Positions 1-7,537 of a DNA stretch of 24,000 nucleotides are shown one piece after another. Numbering within the stretch: position 1 is the first letter of the stretch; each line of letters begins with the position of its first letter. Below the pieces are notes generated by a model. The model searched no databases. It saw nothing but the letters and a program-made list of their open reading frames with translations, and was not told the DNA's origin. Source of the stretch: Labrys monachus (lineage in GTDB: Bacteria > Pseudomonadota > Alphaproteobacteria > Rhizobiales > Labraceae); assembly GCF_030814655.1 (NCBI RefSeq), contig NZ_JAUSVK010000001.1, positions 417,043-441,042 on the forward strand, written 5' to 3'. A program made the position numbers and the translations under genes.

Positions 1-73
1 CACTTGCGCCGTCGCCGGAAATCGGGCCGTCCGCCGCGTGCTTCAAAAAGAGGGCGATCTCCGCCGACCGGCC

Positions 74-102
74 TTGACGGATCCATTTTTTATAGTCTAT
101 TT
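74..102 (+). promoter_or_regulatory. Putative sigma70-type promoter of the ROK-led operon (-35 TTGACG 74-79, 17-nt spacer, -10 CTATTT 97-102)
   Basis: The hexamers and spacing were read directly from the sequence. It lies 33 nt upstream of the GTG start at 135, in a locally AT-richer patch. No transcription start data are available. Confidence 0.35.
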
Positions 103-121
103 GTTCGTCATGGGAACGAAC
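103..121. promoter_or_regulatory. Inverted repeat GTTCGT-N7-ACGAAC, candidate operator overlapping the promoter/5' UTR
   Basis: GTTCGT (103-108) and ACGAAC (116-121) are perfect 6-bp arms immediately downstream of the putative -10. Its position fits autoregulation by the ROK repressor, which is inference. Confidence 0.3.
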
Positions 122-134
122 TAATGGGCGGATC

Positions 135-1346
135 GTGAGTCAGGACCATCCCTCTCTGGCCAGGCAGTTTTCGCGCCGCATCGTCGCGGAAGCGCTTCTG
201 CACCAGGCGCCGATATCGAGGGCCGACCTTGCCCGCGTCACCGGCCTGTCGAAGCAGACGATGTCGCAGGTCATCGGCGAACTGGAGGCCGGCGGCTGGG
301 TCAAGTCGGCCGGGACGAGCCGCGGCGGCGTCGGCCGCACGGCCGTGACCTATGAGATCGCCGAGGACGCCGCCTACTCCCTCGGCGTCGATCTCGGCGG
401 CACCAAGGTGACGGCGGCGGTGGCCGACCTCGTCGGCAAGGTGGTCGGCGACCTGACCGAGCCGACCGATCCGCGCGGCGGCCGCCATGTGCTCGACCAG
501 ATCCACGGCCTCGCGGCGAAGCTCGCCGCCTCGGCCGCCATCGACGCCGCACGCATCGAGAGCATCGTCATCGGGACGCCCGGCGTCGTCGATCCGCGTT
601 CGGGCCGCATCGGCCTCATTCCCAACATCAGGGGCCTGTCCGAGCTCGATGTCCCGCAGGTGCTCGGCAGCCTCTTCGGCCGGGCGGTCCATCTGGAGAA
701 CGACGTCAACCTCGCCATGCTCGGCGAGGCCTGGCGGGGCGGGGCGCAGGGCTGCCGCAACGCCGCCTTCCTGGCGCTCGGCACCGGCGTCGGTCTCGGC
801 CTCGTCGTCAATGGCGAGCTGGTGCGCGGCGCCACCGGCGCGGCCGGCGAGGTCGCCTATCTGCCGCTCGGCGCCGACACCACCTCGCCCGAAGCGAGGA
901 GCGTCGGCTCCTTCGAGCTGGAGGTCGGCTCGGCCGGCATCCTCCGGCGCTATCGCGCCTGCGGCGGCGAGGGAGCCGATACGGTGCGCGACATCTTCGC
1001 CCGGCTTGCCCAGGGCGAGCCGCAGGCGGCCGCCGTTCTCGACGACACCGCCCATATCGTCGCCCTCGCCATCGCCGCGCTGCAGGCGACGGTCGATCTC
1101 GAACGCATCGTCCTCGGCGGCAGTATCGGCGTGCAGCCGGAACTGGTCGAGCGCGTGCAGCGGGCGATGCCTTCGGTATTCGCGCGGCCGGTCGATATCC
1201 GGCCGAGCGCGCTCGGCAGCGCCGCCGGCCTGGTCGGCGCGGTGTCGTCGGCCGTGCACCGCCTGCACAACCAGCGTTTCGGCATCCCCGACATGCCCGG
1301 CGACTTCACCATCCCCGGATCGAGCCTGGCGAGGGCCGCCGAATGA
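135..1346 (+). CDS. ROK-family transcriptional regulator (NagC/Mlc/XylR-like, 403 aa)
   Basis: GTG start at 135. An N-terminal wHTH-like segment (ISRADLARVTGLSKQTMSQVIGELE) is followed by a ROK sugar-kinase-fold core (GVDLGGTKV, LALGTGVGLGLVVNGELVRGATGAAGE). The ~400 aa length is typical of ROK repressors. Its stop overlaps the next start (ATGA 1343-1346). Confidence 0.85.
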   Translation: MSQDHPSLARQFSRRIVAEALLHQAPISRADLARVTGLSKQTMSQVIGELEAGGWVKSAGTSRGGVGRTAVTYEIAEDAAYSLGVDLGGTKVTAAVADLVGKVVGDLTEPTDPRGGRHVLDQIHGLAAKLAASAAIDAARIESIVIGTPGVVDPRSGRIGLIPNIRGLSELDVPQVLGSLFGRAVHLENDVNLAMLGEAWRGGAQGCRNAAFLALGTGVGLGLVVNGELVRGATGAAGEVAYLPLGADTTSPEARSVGSFELEVGSAGILRRYRACGGEGADTVRDIFARLAQGEPQAAAVLDDTAHIVALAIAALQATVDLERIVLGGSIGVQPELVERVQRAMPSVFARPVDIRPSALGSAAGLVGAVSSAVHRLHNQRFGIPDMPGDFTIPGSSLARAAE

Positions 1347-2596
1347 CCATCGACACCGCACTCATCCCCCGCCTCAGGGCCGCTCTCGACCGGGATGAGG
1401 CCGTCGGCCTCCTCCGGCGTGCGGTCCGCACGCCGAGCGTCACCGGCACGGAGGCGGCTTTCGCCCGTCTGCTGGCCGAAGAGCTCTCGGCGCTCGGCGC
1501 CGCCGATGTGCAGCTCGACGCCTTCGCGCCGGACCGGCCCAATGTGCGCGGCCGGCTCCCGGGTGCGGGCGGCGGCCCGACCCTCCTCCTCACCGGCCAT
1601 ACCGACACGGTGCATGTGCGCGGCTGGCGCGAAAAATGGGCCGGCACCGAGCGCGAGGACCCGTTCGGCGGCGCCGTCGTCGACGGCGCCCTGTGGGGCC
1701 GGGGCAGCGGCGACCTCAAGGCCGGCATCTGCACGACGCTCGCGGCCGCCCGCCTCCTCGCCGCCGCCGGCCTGCGCGCGCCGGCCGATCTCCAGTTCGC
1801 CTTCATCGGCGACGAGGAGAGCGGCGAGCCGGAAACCGGCGTCAGCGCCGGCATGAAGGCCTTCGTGGCGCAGATCGAGGCCGGCGCCGTGCCGCGGCCC
1901 GACTTCGCCGTCTATGTCGAGCCGACGCAGCTCAATGTCTACGCCGCGCAGATGGGCTTCCTGATCTGCGATATCACCGTGACCGGCCGCTCGGCCTATT
2001 TCGGCGTGCCCGAGCTCGGCATCGACGCGCTCAAGGCCTCGCATGCGATCCTGGGCGCGCTGTTCGCCCATTCCGCGAGGCTGGAGGCACGGGCGCCGCA
2101 CGGCCTCGTCGGCCATCCCTTCCTGCTGGTGACGACCATCGAGGGCGGCGGCTATATCGCCGTGCCCGGCGAGTGCCGCATCAGCCTGATCCTCAAGCTG
2201 CTGCCCGGCGAGAGCCTCGATCAGGCGGTCGCCGAACTGGAGGCGGCGGTGGGGAGCGCGCCGCTCGATCCCGGCATCCGCCTCGCCTTCGCCTATCCCG
2301 CCGGACGCGACCACCGCTTGGGCGGCACGCCGAGCGAGACGGCGCCGGACCTGCCGGCCGTGCGCCTCCTGGTCGAAGCGGTGAAGGCGGTGCGTCCGGA
2401 CCGGGGCGCCATCGAAGGCGCGTCCTACTGGTCGGAGGCGCCCTTCCTCGTCAACCGGCTCGGCATTCCCGCCGTCTATTGCGCGCCGGGCGACATCCGC
2501 AACTGCCACACGCTCGAAGAGCATGTCGTGATCGAGGACTATCTCGACGGCGTCGTCGCCTTCGCCGCGTTTCTCGCCACCTACGGGAAGCCATAA
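1343..2596 (+). CDS. M20-family metallohydrolase (ArgE/DapE/acetylornithine deacetylase-like, 417 aa)
   Basis: It carries M20 metal- and catalytic-residue motifs in the canonical order: LLLTGHTDTVH, GRGSGDLKAG, GDEESGE, VEPT and a C-terminal CHTLEEHV. The start is translationally coupled to the ROK gene. Confidence 0.85.
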   Translation: MTIDTALIPRLRAALDRDEAVGLLRRAVRTPSVTGTEAAFARLLAEELSALGAADVQLDAFAPDRPNVRGRLPGAGGGPTLLLTGHTDTVHVRGWREKWAGTEREDPFGGAVVDGALWGRGSGDLKAGICTTLAAARLLAAAGLRAPADLQFAFIGDEESGEPETGVSAGMKAFVAQIEAGAVPRPDFAVYVEPTQLNVYAAQMGFLICDITVTGRSAYFGVPELGIDALKASHAILGALFAHSARLEARAPHGLVGHPFLLVTTIEGGGYIAVPGECRISLILKLLPGESLDQAVAELEAAVGSAPLDPGIRLAFAYPAGRDHRLGGTPSETAPDLPAVRLLVEAVKAVRPDRGAIEGASYWSEAPFLVNRLGIPAVYCAPGDIRNCHTLEEHVVIEDYLDGVVAFAAFLATYGKP

Positions 2597-2628
2597 CGGG
2601 CCATGACGGCCATAGAGGGAGAAGTCAG

Positions 2629-3693
2629 ATGGGGATGAGGAAGAGTATCGCGGCGCTGGCCATCGGCGCCGTCCTGGCGCTGGCGCCCGTGGCCTTCGCC
2701 GGCGAGACGGTCGGCCCCGGCGGGGAGAAGGCGACGCCCGCCTCGACGCTGGCGCTGACGGACGCGGAAGCCGCCAAGCTGCGCGAGGGCAAGTTCACCG
2801 CGGCCCTGCTCTGGCACACCTCCTCGGACTTCGTGAACGCCGTCACGGCCGGTGCCAAGGACGAGTTCGCCCGCCTCGGCATCACCGTGGTGGCCGAGGC
2901 CGATGCGGGCTTCGACGCCGCCAAGCAGAAGAGCGATGTCGAAACGGCGATGGCCAGGAAGCCGAGCGCGATCCTGACGCTGCCGCTCGATCCGGTCACC
3001 TCGGCCGCCGCCCTCCGGCCGGCCGTCGAGGCCGGCGTCAAGGTCGTCCTCCTGTCGAACAAGCCCAAGGATTTCGTCCAGGGCAAGGACTACGTCACCA
3101 TCGTCACCGACGACCTGTTCCAGATGGGCAAGCAAGCCGCCGATGCCCTCGCCGCCGCCATCGGCAAGAAGGGCAAGGTCGCCTGGATCTACCACGACGC
3201 CCAGTATTACGTGACCAACCAGCGCGACAACGCCTTCAAGGCGACGATCGAAGCCGATTATCCCGACATCAAGATCGTCGCCAGCCAGGGCATTTCCGAT
3301 CCGGCGCGCGCCGAGGACATCGCCCAGGCGATCCTGCTGCAGCATCCCGACCTCGACGGCATCTACGTCACCTGGTCCGAACCCGCCGAGGGCGTGCTCT
3401 CGGCCCTGCGGGCGGCGGGCAACACCCGGACCAAGGTCGTCACGCTCGATCTGTCCGAGCCGGTCGGCCTCGACATGGTCAAGGGCGGCAACGTCGCGGC
3501 CATCGCCGCGGACAAGGCCTATGAACTCGGCCGCGCCATGGCGGAAGCGGCGGGCTACGGCCTTCTCGGCAAGCAGGCGCCGGCCTTCGTCGTCGCGCCG
3601 GTGCTCACGGTCACCAAGGCCAATGTCGCCGAGGGCTGGCAGGAGTCGCTCCACCGCGCGGCGCCGCAATCGATCCTCGACGCGCTGAAGTGA
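2629..3693 (+). CDS. Sugar-type ABC transporter periplasmic substrate-binding protein, paralogue 1 (354 aa)
   Basis: I chose the start at ATG 2629, preceded by AGAGGGAGAAG. The ORF-track start at 1636 only reads through the M20 gene in another frame. The Sec-type signal is MGMRKSIAALAIGAVLALAPVAFA|GE. The periplasmic-binding-protein type I pattern is shared with the next gene. Confidence 0.85.
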   Translation: MGMRKSIAALAIGAVLALAPVAFAGETVGPGGEKATPASTLALTDAEAAKLREGKFTAALLWHTSSDFVNAVTAGAKDEFARLGITVVAEADAGFDAAKQKSDVETAMARKPSAILTLPLDPVTSAAALRPAVEAGVKVVLLSNKPKDFVQGKDYVTIVTDDLFQMGKQAADALAAAIGKKGKVAWIYHDAQYYVTNQRDNAFKATIEADYPDIKIVASQGISDPARAEDIAQAILLQHPDLDGIYVTWSEPAEGVLSALRAAGNTRTKVVTLDLSEPVGLDMVKGGNVAAIAADKAYELGRAMAEAAGYGLLGKQAPAFVVAPVLTVTKANVAEGWQESLHRAAPQSILDALK

Positions 3694-3774
3694 GGCGGCC
3701 GGCAAGGGCGCGGATGGAGGGGCGATCCTGTCTGTCGAGATGCCGGAGAGTCCCGAGGACGCGACGCTGGGTAT

Positions 3775-3886
3775 CCCTTCCCCCTTGTGGGGAAGGGTAG
3801 GGATGGGGGTCGTCGTAACCTGGCTCGGACCGAGACTGCTGTCTCGACCCCCACCCTCTAATCCCTCCCCACAAGGGGGAGGGAAG
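3775..3886. repeat. Nested-palindrome REPIN/MITE-like element (type B) between the two binding-protein genes
   Basis: The left arm 3775-3812 (cccttcccccttgtggggaagggtagggatgggggtcg) and right arm 3845-3886 are imperfect reverse complements. Each arm holds its own hairpin (CCCC-TTGT-GGGG). A central hairpin CGAGAC-tgct-GTCTCG lies at 3831-3846. Confidence 0.6.
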
Positions 3887-3972
3887 CGGCAAATGTCGCG
3901 CCTCGAACCCAAGCCCATGCCCGCCCGTTCGCGGCCCGGGACAAGAAAAGACCAGCCATCCCAGGAGATCCC

Positions 3973-5040
3973 ATGTTGAACCGACGCGTCTTCCTCCTCT
4001 CGGCGAGCCTGGCGGCGATGGTCGCCTTCGCCGGACCGCTGCATGCCGCGCTCAAGGCGAGCACCGGCCCCAATGGCGAGGCCGCCACCTCGGCCAGGAG
4101 TCTGGTGCTGACCCCCGACCAGGAAGCCAAGGCCAAGGCCGGCAAGTTCACCGTCGCCGTCGTCTGGCACGAATCCTCGGACTGGTCGAAGGCGGTCATC
4201 CAGGGCGCGAGCGACGAGTTCACGCGTCTGGGGATCACGGTGGTCGCCCAGACCGACGCCAATTTCGATGCCGCCAAGCAGAAGAGCGACGTGGAAACGG
4301 TGATGGCCAAGCGGCCGAGCGCGATCTTCTCCGAGCTGGTCGACCCCGACACCGCGCCGGAAGCCTTCAAGCCGGCGAGGGATGCGGGCATGGTCCTCGT
4401 CTTCGTCGACCAGCCGCCCAAGGACTTCGTCGCCGGCAAGGACTATGTCTGCGTGGTCTCCGACGATTTCGCCGCGATGGGCAAGCATGCCGGCGATGCC
4501 ATGGGCGCCGCCCTCGGCGGCAAGGGCAAGATCGCCTATGTCTACCATGACGCGAACTTCTTCGTGACCAACCAGCGCGACGGCGCCTTCAGGCAGACCA
4601 TCCTCGACGACTACAAGGGCGTCCAGATCGTCGCCGAGCAGGGCCTCGCCGATCCGACGCGCGCCGAAGACATCCTCAACGCGCTGGTGACCAAGCATCC
4701 CGATCTCGACGGCATCTATGCGACATGGTCGACGCCGGCCGAAAGCGTGCTGGCGGCGCTCCGCAATGCCGGCAACACCCATACGAAGATCGTGACCTTC
4801 GACCTGTCGGAGCCGCTGGCCCTCGACATGGTCAAGGGCGGCAACGTCGCCGGCATCGTCGTTGACCAGGCCTACCAGATCGGCCAGACCGGCGCCCGCG
4901 CCGTGGCGCTCGGCCTCATCCACGACAAGGCGGCGCCCTATTACGCCGTCGACGCGCTGACCGTGACCAAGGACACGGTGAAGCAGGGCTACCAGGAATC
5001 GCTGCATCGCGGCCTGCCGGCTTCGATGCCGGGCCAATAA
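3973..5040 (+). CDS. Sugar-type ABC transporter periplasmic substrate-binding protein, paralogue 2 (355 aa)
   Basis: ATG 3973 is preceded by AGGAGA. The signal peptide MLNRRVFLLSASLAAMVAFAGPLHA|A contains a twin-arginine-like RRVFL. It aligns by eye along its full length with paralogue 1 (for example FDAAKQKSDVET, VTNQRD, HPDLDGIY, LDMVKGGNVA, QESLHR). Confidence 0.9.
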   Translation: MLNRRVFLLSASLAAMVAFAGPLHAALKASTGPNGEAATSARSLVLTPDQEAKAKAGKFTVAVVWHESSDWSKAVIQGASDEFTRLGITVVAQTDANFDAAKQKSDVETVMAKRPSAIFSELVDPDTAPEAFKPARDAGMVLVFVDQPPKDFVAGKDYVCVVSDDFAAMGKHAGDAMGAALGGKGKIAYVYHDANFFVTNQRDGAFRQTILDDYKGVQIVAEQGLADPTRAEDILNALVTKHPDLDGIYATWSTPAESVLAALRNAGNTHTKIVTFDLSEPLALDMVKGGNVAGIVVDQAYQIGQTGARAVALGLIHDKAAPYYAVDALTVTKDTVKQGYQESLHRGLPASMPGQ

Positions 5041-5050
5041 TGCCCCCTCG

Positions 5051-5076
5051 GGGAGGCGGAACGTCTTCCGTCTCCC
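5051..5076 (+). other. Intra-operon stem-loop downstream of the second binding-protein gene
   Basis: GGGAGGCGGAA (5051-5061), loop cgtc, then TTCCGTCTCCC (5066-5076), giving an 11-bp stem with one mismatch. No U-tract follows, so it looks more like an mRNA stabiliser or attenuator than a full terminator. Confidence 0.4.
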
Positions 5077-5122
5077 GTCCGCCCCTCACGGGAGCGGTCT
5101 CGCGTCCTGCCGGGATAGAACC

Positions 5123-6067
5123 ATGCTCGCCACTCTGCGCCAGATCAATCCGAGCCGATATGTCATCTATGTCGGCTTCCTCCTGATCTTCGTCGTCTTC
5201 TCCATCGTCCTGCGCGACGACGGCTTCCTCACGACCTTCAACCTGTTCAACATCGTGCAGCAATCCGCACCGATCACGGTGATGGCGGTGGGAGCGGTGT
5301 TCGTGCTGACCTCGGGCGAGATCGACCTGTCGATCGGGTCCATCGTCGCGGTGTCGGCGCTGCTCGCCGCGGTGGTGCTGCGCGAATGGCCCTGGCCGCT
5401 CGGCGCCGCCGCCGGCCTCGCGGCGGGCGCGGCGATCGGCGCCCTCAACGGCGCTTTGGTCGCCTATGGCAGGCTGCCCTCCTTCCTGGTGACGCTGGCG
5501 ACGATGGGCGTCTTCGCCGGGGTCGCGCGCCGGATGACCGCCCTTCAGTCCGTGCCGATCGAAAACGACATGTTCAACGCCCTGTTCGGTTCGGGCGCGC
5601 TGTTCGGCATCCCCTCGCTGATCCTGTGGACGGTGGTGGCCATCGCTGTCGGCTATTTCTTCTTCCGGCAGACCCGCTACGGCGCCCATGTCCACGCGAC
5701 CGGCGACAATCCGCGCGCGGCGCGGGCCACCGGCATCAAGGTGCTGCGGCTGCGCTTCAGCGTGCTGGTGCTGAGCGGGATGCTCGCCGCGCTCGCCGGC
5801 CTCCTCTATGCCGGGCGGCTGCACGGCGCGCGCTACACGCTGGGGGAATCCGACCTGCTCACCGTGATCGCCGCCGTCATCGTCGGCGGCACGCGGCTCA
5901 ACGGCGGCGCCGGCTCGATCGTCGGGGCGCTGATCGGCTCGCTCTTGATGAGCATGCTGAACAACGGGCTGATCCTGATGGGCTACCAGCCCTCGGACCA
6001 GATGATCGCCCGGGGCCTCATCATCCTGATCGCAGTGGCGCTGACCCTGCGCGAGCCGAACCGGTAG
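5123..6067 (+). CDS. ABC transporter permease, RbsC/AraH (monosaccharide, CUT2) type (314 aa)
   Basis: It is highly hydrophobic and multi-spanning. Family-typical stretches include LTSGEIDLSIGSIVA and GGTRLNGGAGSIVGALIGSLLM. Confidence 0.9.
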   Translation: MLATLRQINPSRYVIYVGFLLIFVVFSIVLRDDGFLTTFNLFNIVQQSAPITVMAVGAVFVLTSGEIDLSIGSIVAVSALLAAVVLREWPWPLGAAAGLAAGAAIGALNGALVAYGRLPSFLVTLATMGVFAGVARRMTALQSVPIENDMFNALFGSGALFGIPSLILWTVVAIAVGYFFFRQTRYGAHVHATGDNPRAARATGIKVLRLRFSVLVLSGMLAALAGLLYAGRLHGARYTLGESDLLTVIAAVIVGGTRLNGGAGSIVGALIGSLLMSMLNNGLILMGYQPSDQMIARGLIILIAVALTLREPNR

Positions 6068-6110
6068 GCCGATGCCACAGTGTCACGCACGGCTTGTCGA
6101 TGGGAGTGCC

Positions 6111-6265
6111 GCCCCTCATCCTTACCTTCTCCCCGTAAGGACGGGGAGAAGGGAGCGGCCGCGTCGCGTCTCGAACCGGTCGGGCGAGACGGAGACGGTG
6201 CGGGACGATCCCGACGCCGAGGTCCCCTCGCCCCGCATCGCGGGGAGAGGATAGAGGTGAGGGGC
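6111..6265. repeat. Nested-palindrome REPIN/MITE-like element (type C) between the permease and the YhfX-like gene
   Basis: The left arm 6111-6153 (gcccctcatccttaccttctccccgtaaggacggggagaaggga) and right arm 6224-6265 are imperfect reverse complements. Each arm has an internal TCTCCCC...GGGGAGA hairpin. A central GTCTCG...CGAGAC hairpin matches the type B centre. Confidence 0.6.
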
Positions 6266-6331
6266 TGCGCCGCCGCCGGCGGGCGTGCCTCGACCCCCAC
6301 GCATCCTGAACCTTCAGACTGGGATATCCCG

Positions 6332-7528
6332 ATGTTTCTCGATCTCATCCGCCGCCGCAATCCCGCCCTCGTCGAGCAGGTGATCGCGCTGCACCAGGCC
6401 GGAAAGCTGCCGGCGAACACCTATGTCATCGACCTCGACGCCGTGGAGGCCAACGCCCGGCACATCGCGGGCGTCGCCGGGCGCCACGGCCTCAAGACCT
6501 ATGCCATGACCAAGCAGATGGGCCGCAACGCTTCGTTCTGCCGGGCGGCGATGCGCGGCGGCATCGGCAAGGCGGTGGCGGTCGACATGGAATGTGCACG
6601 GGCGACGCATCGCGCCGGCATGGGGCTCGGCCATCTCGGCCACCTCGTCCAGGTGCCCCGCGCCGAGGCCGATGCCGCCGCCTCGCTGGTGCCCGACCAC
6701 TGGACGGTGTTCAGCCTGGAGAAGGCGAGGGAGGCAGCCGCCGCGGCGCATCGGCTCGGCCGCCGGCAGGACATCCTCCTGCGCATCGTCGCCGAGGGCG
6801 ATCGCTTCTATCGCGGCCATGAGGGCGGCCTTCCGGCTGCCGAGGTGGCCTTGCTCGCCGAGGCCGTCGACGCCATCGAGGGCGCGCGCTTTGCGGGCAT
6901 CACCAGCTTTCCCACCCAGCTCTTCGACGGGGCGAGCGCCAGCGTGAAGCCGACCGCCAACCTCGCCACGCTCGAGCGGGCCGCCGAGGCGCTCGCCAGA
7001 GCGGGCCGCCGCGGCATCGAGATCAACACCCCCGGCACCACCTCGGCCGAGATCCTGCCGATGCTGGCGGCGGCCGGCGCGACGCAGGTCGAGCCCGGCC
7101 ACGGCCTCACCGGCACCACGCCGCTGCATGTGGTCAGGGACCTCCCCGAAACCCCGGCGGTGGTCTATCTCAGCGAGGTCTCACACCTGATCGGCGGCGA
7201 GGCCTTCTGCTTCGGCGGCGGCCTCTATATCGATCCGGTCTTCCCCGACTATCCAGTGAAGGCCATCGTCGCCCGGGAGCCGACGGTGTCGGATGCGGCG
7301 CTGGCCGGCGTCGAGATCCCCGTGCCCGCCTCGATCGACTATTACGGCATGGTCGATGCGAGCGGCGCGGTGCGGCCGCGCGTCGGCGACAGCGTCGTCT
7401 TCGGCTTCCGTCCGCAGGCCTTCGTGACGCGCGCCTACACCGCCGGAATCGCCGGCCTTTCCAGCGGCACGCCCGTGGTCGAAACCATCCATGACGCCTT
7501 CGGCCGTCCTGCCGACTGGCCTTTGTAA
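6332..7528 (+). CDS. YhfX-like alanine-racemase-N-terminal-domain (fold-type III PLP) protein (398 aa)
   Basis: I chose the start at ATG 6332. The in-frame part of the ORF track from 6080 to 6331 is just a translated repeat element. The N-terminus (MFLDLIRRRNPALVEQVIALHQAGKLPANTYVIDLDAV) and YAMTKQMGRN (candidate PLP lysine) resemble the YhfX-type putative amino-acid racemase family. This assignment is from memory, and the SD is weak. Confidence 0.65.
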   Translation: MFLDLIRRRNPALVEQVIALHQAGKLPANTYVIDLDAVEANARHIAGVAGRHGLKTYAMTKQMGRNASFCRAAMRGGIGKAVAVDMECARATHRAGMGLGHLGHLVQVPRAEADAAASLVPDHWTVFSLEKAREAAAAAHRLGRRQDILLRIVAEGDRFYRGHEGGLPAAEVALLAEAVDAIEGARFAGITSFPTQLFDGASASVKPTANLATLERAAEALARAGRRGIEINTPGTTSAEILPMLAAAGATQVEPGHGLTGTTPLHVVRDLPETPAVVYLSEVSHLIGGEAFCFGGGLYIDPVFPDYPVKAIVAREPTVSDAALAGVEIPVPASIDYYGMVDASGAVRPRVGDSVVFGFRPQAFVTRAYTAGIAGLSSGTPVVETIHDAFGRPADWPL

Positions 7529-7537
7529 GGAGCCGCC

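Noticed and set aside
108-2524. Antisense and off-frame ORFs over the ROK and M20 genes: 108..1361 (-), 950..2524 (-), 487..1398 (+) and 1306..1854 (-).
   Set aside because: They are shadow ORFs. The sense-frame proteins carry the family motifs and these do not.
2581-5037. An 818-aa minus-strand ORF antisense to both binding-protein genes, together with 2625..3086, 3555..3892 and 3858..4439.
   Set aside because: The composition is Arg/Gly/Asp/His/Ala-rich and low in complexity, with no recognisable motifs. It spans the repeat element and lies exactly opposite two well-supported genes. This is a typical shadow ORF of GC-rich DNA.
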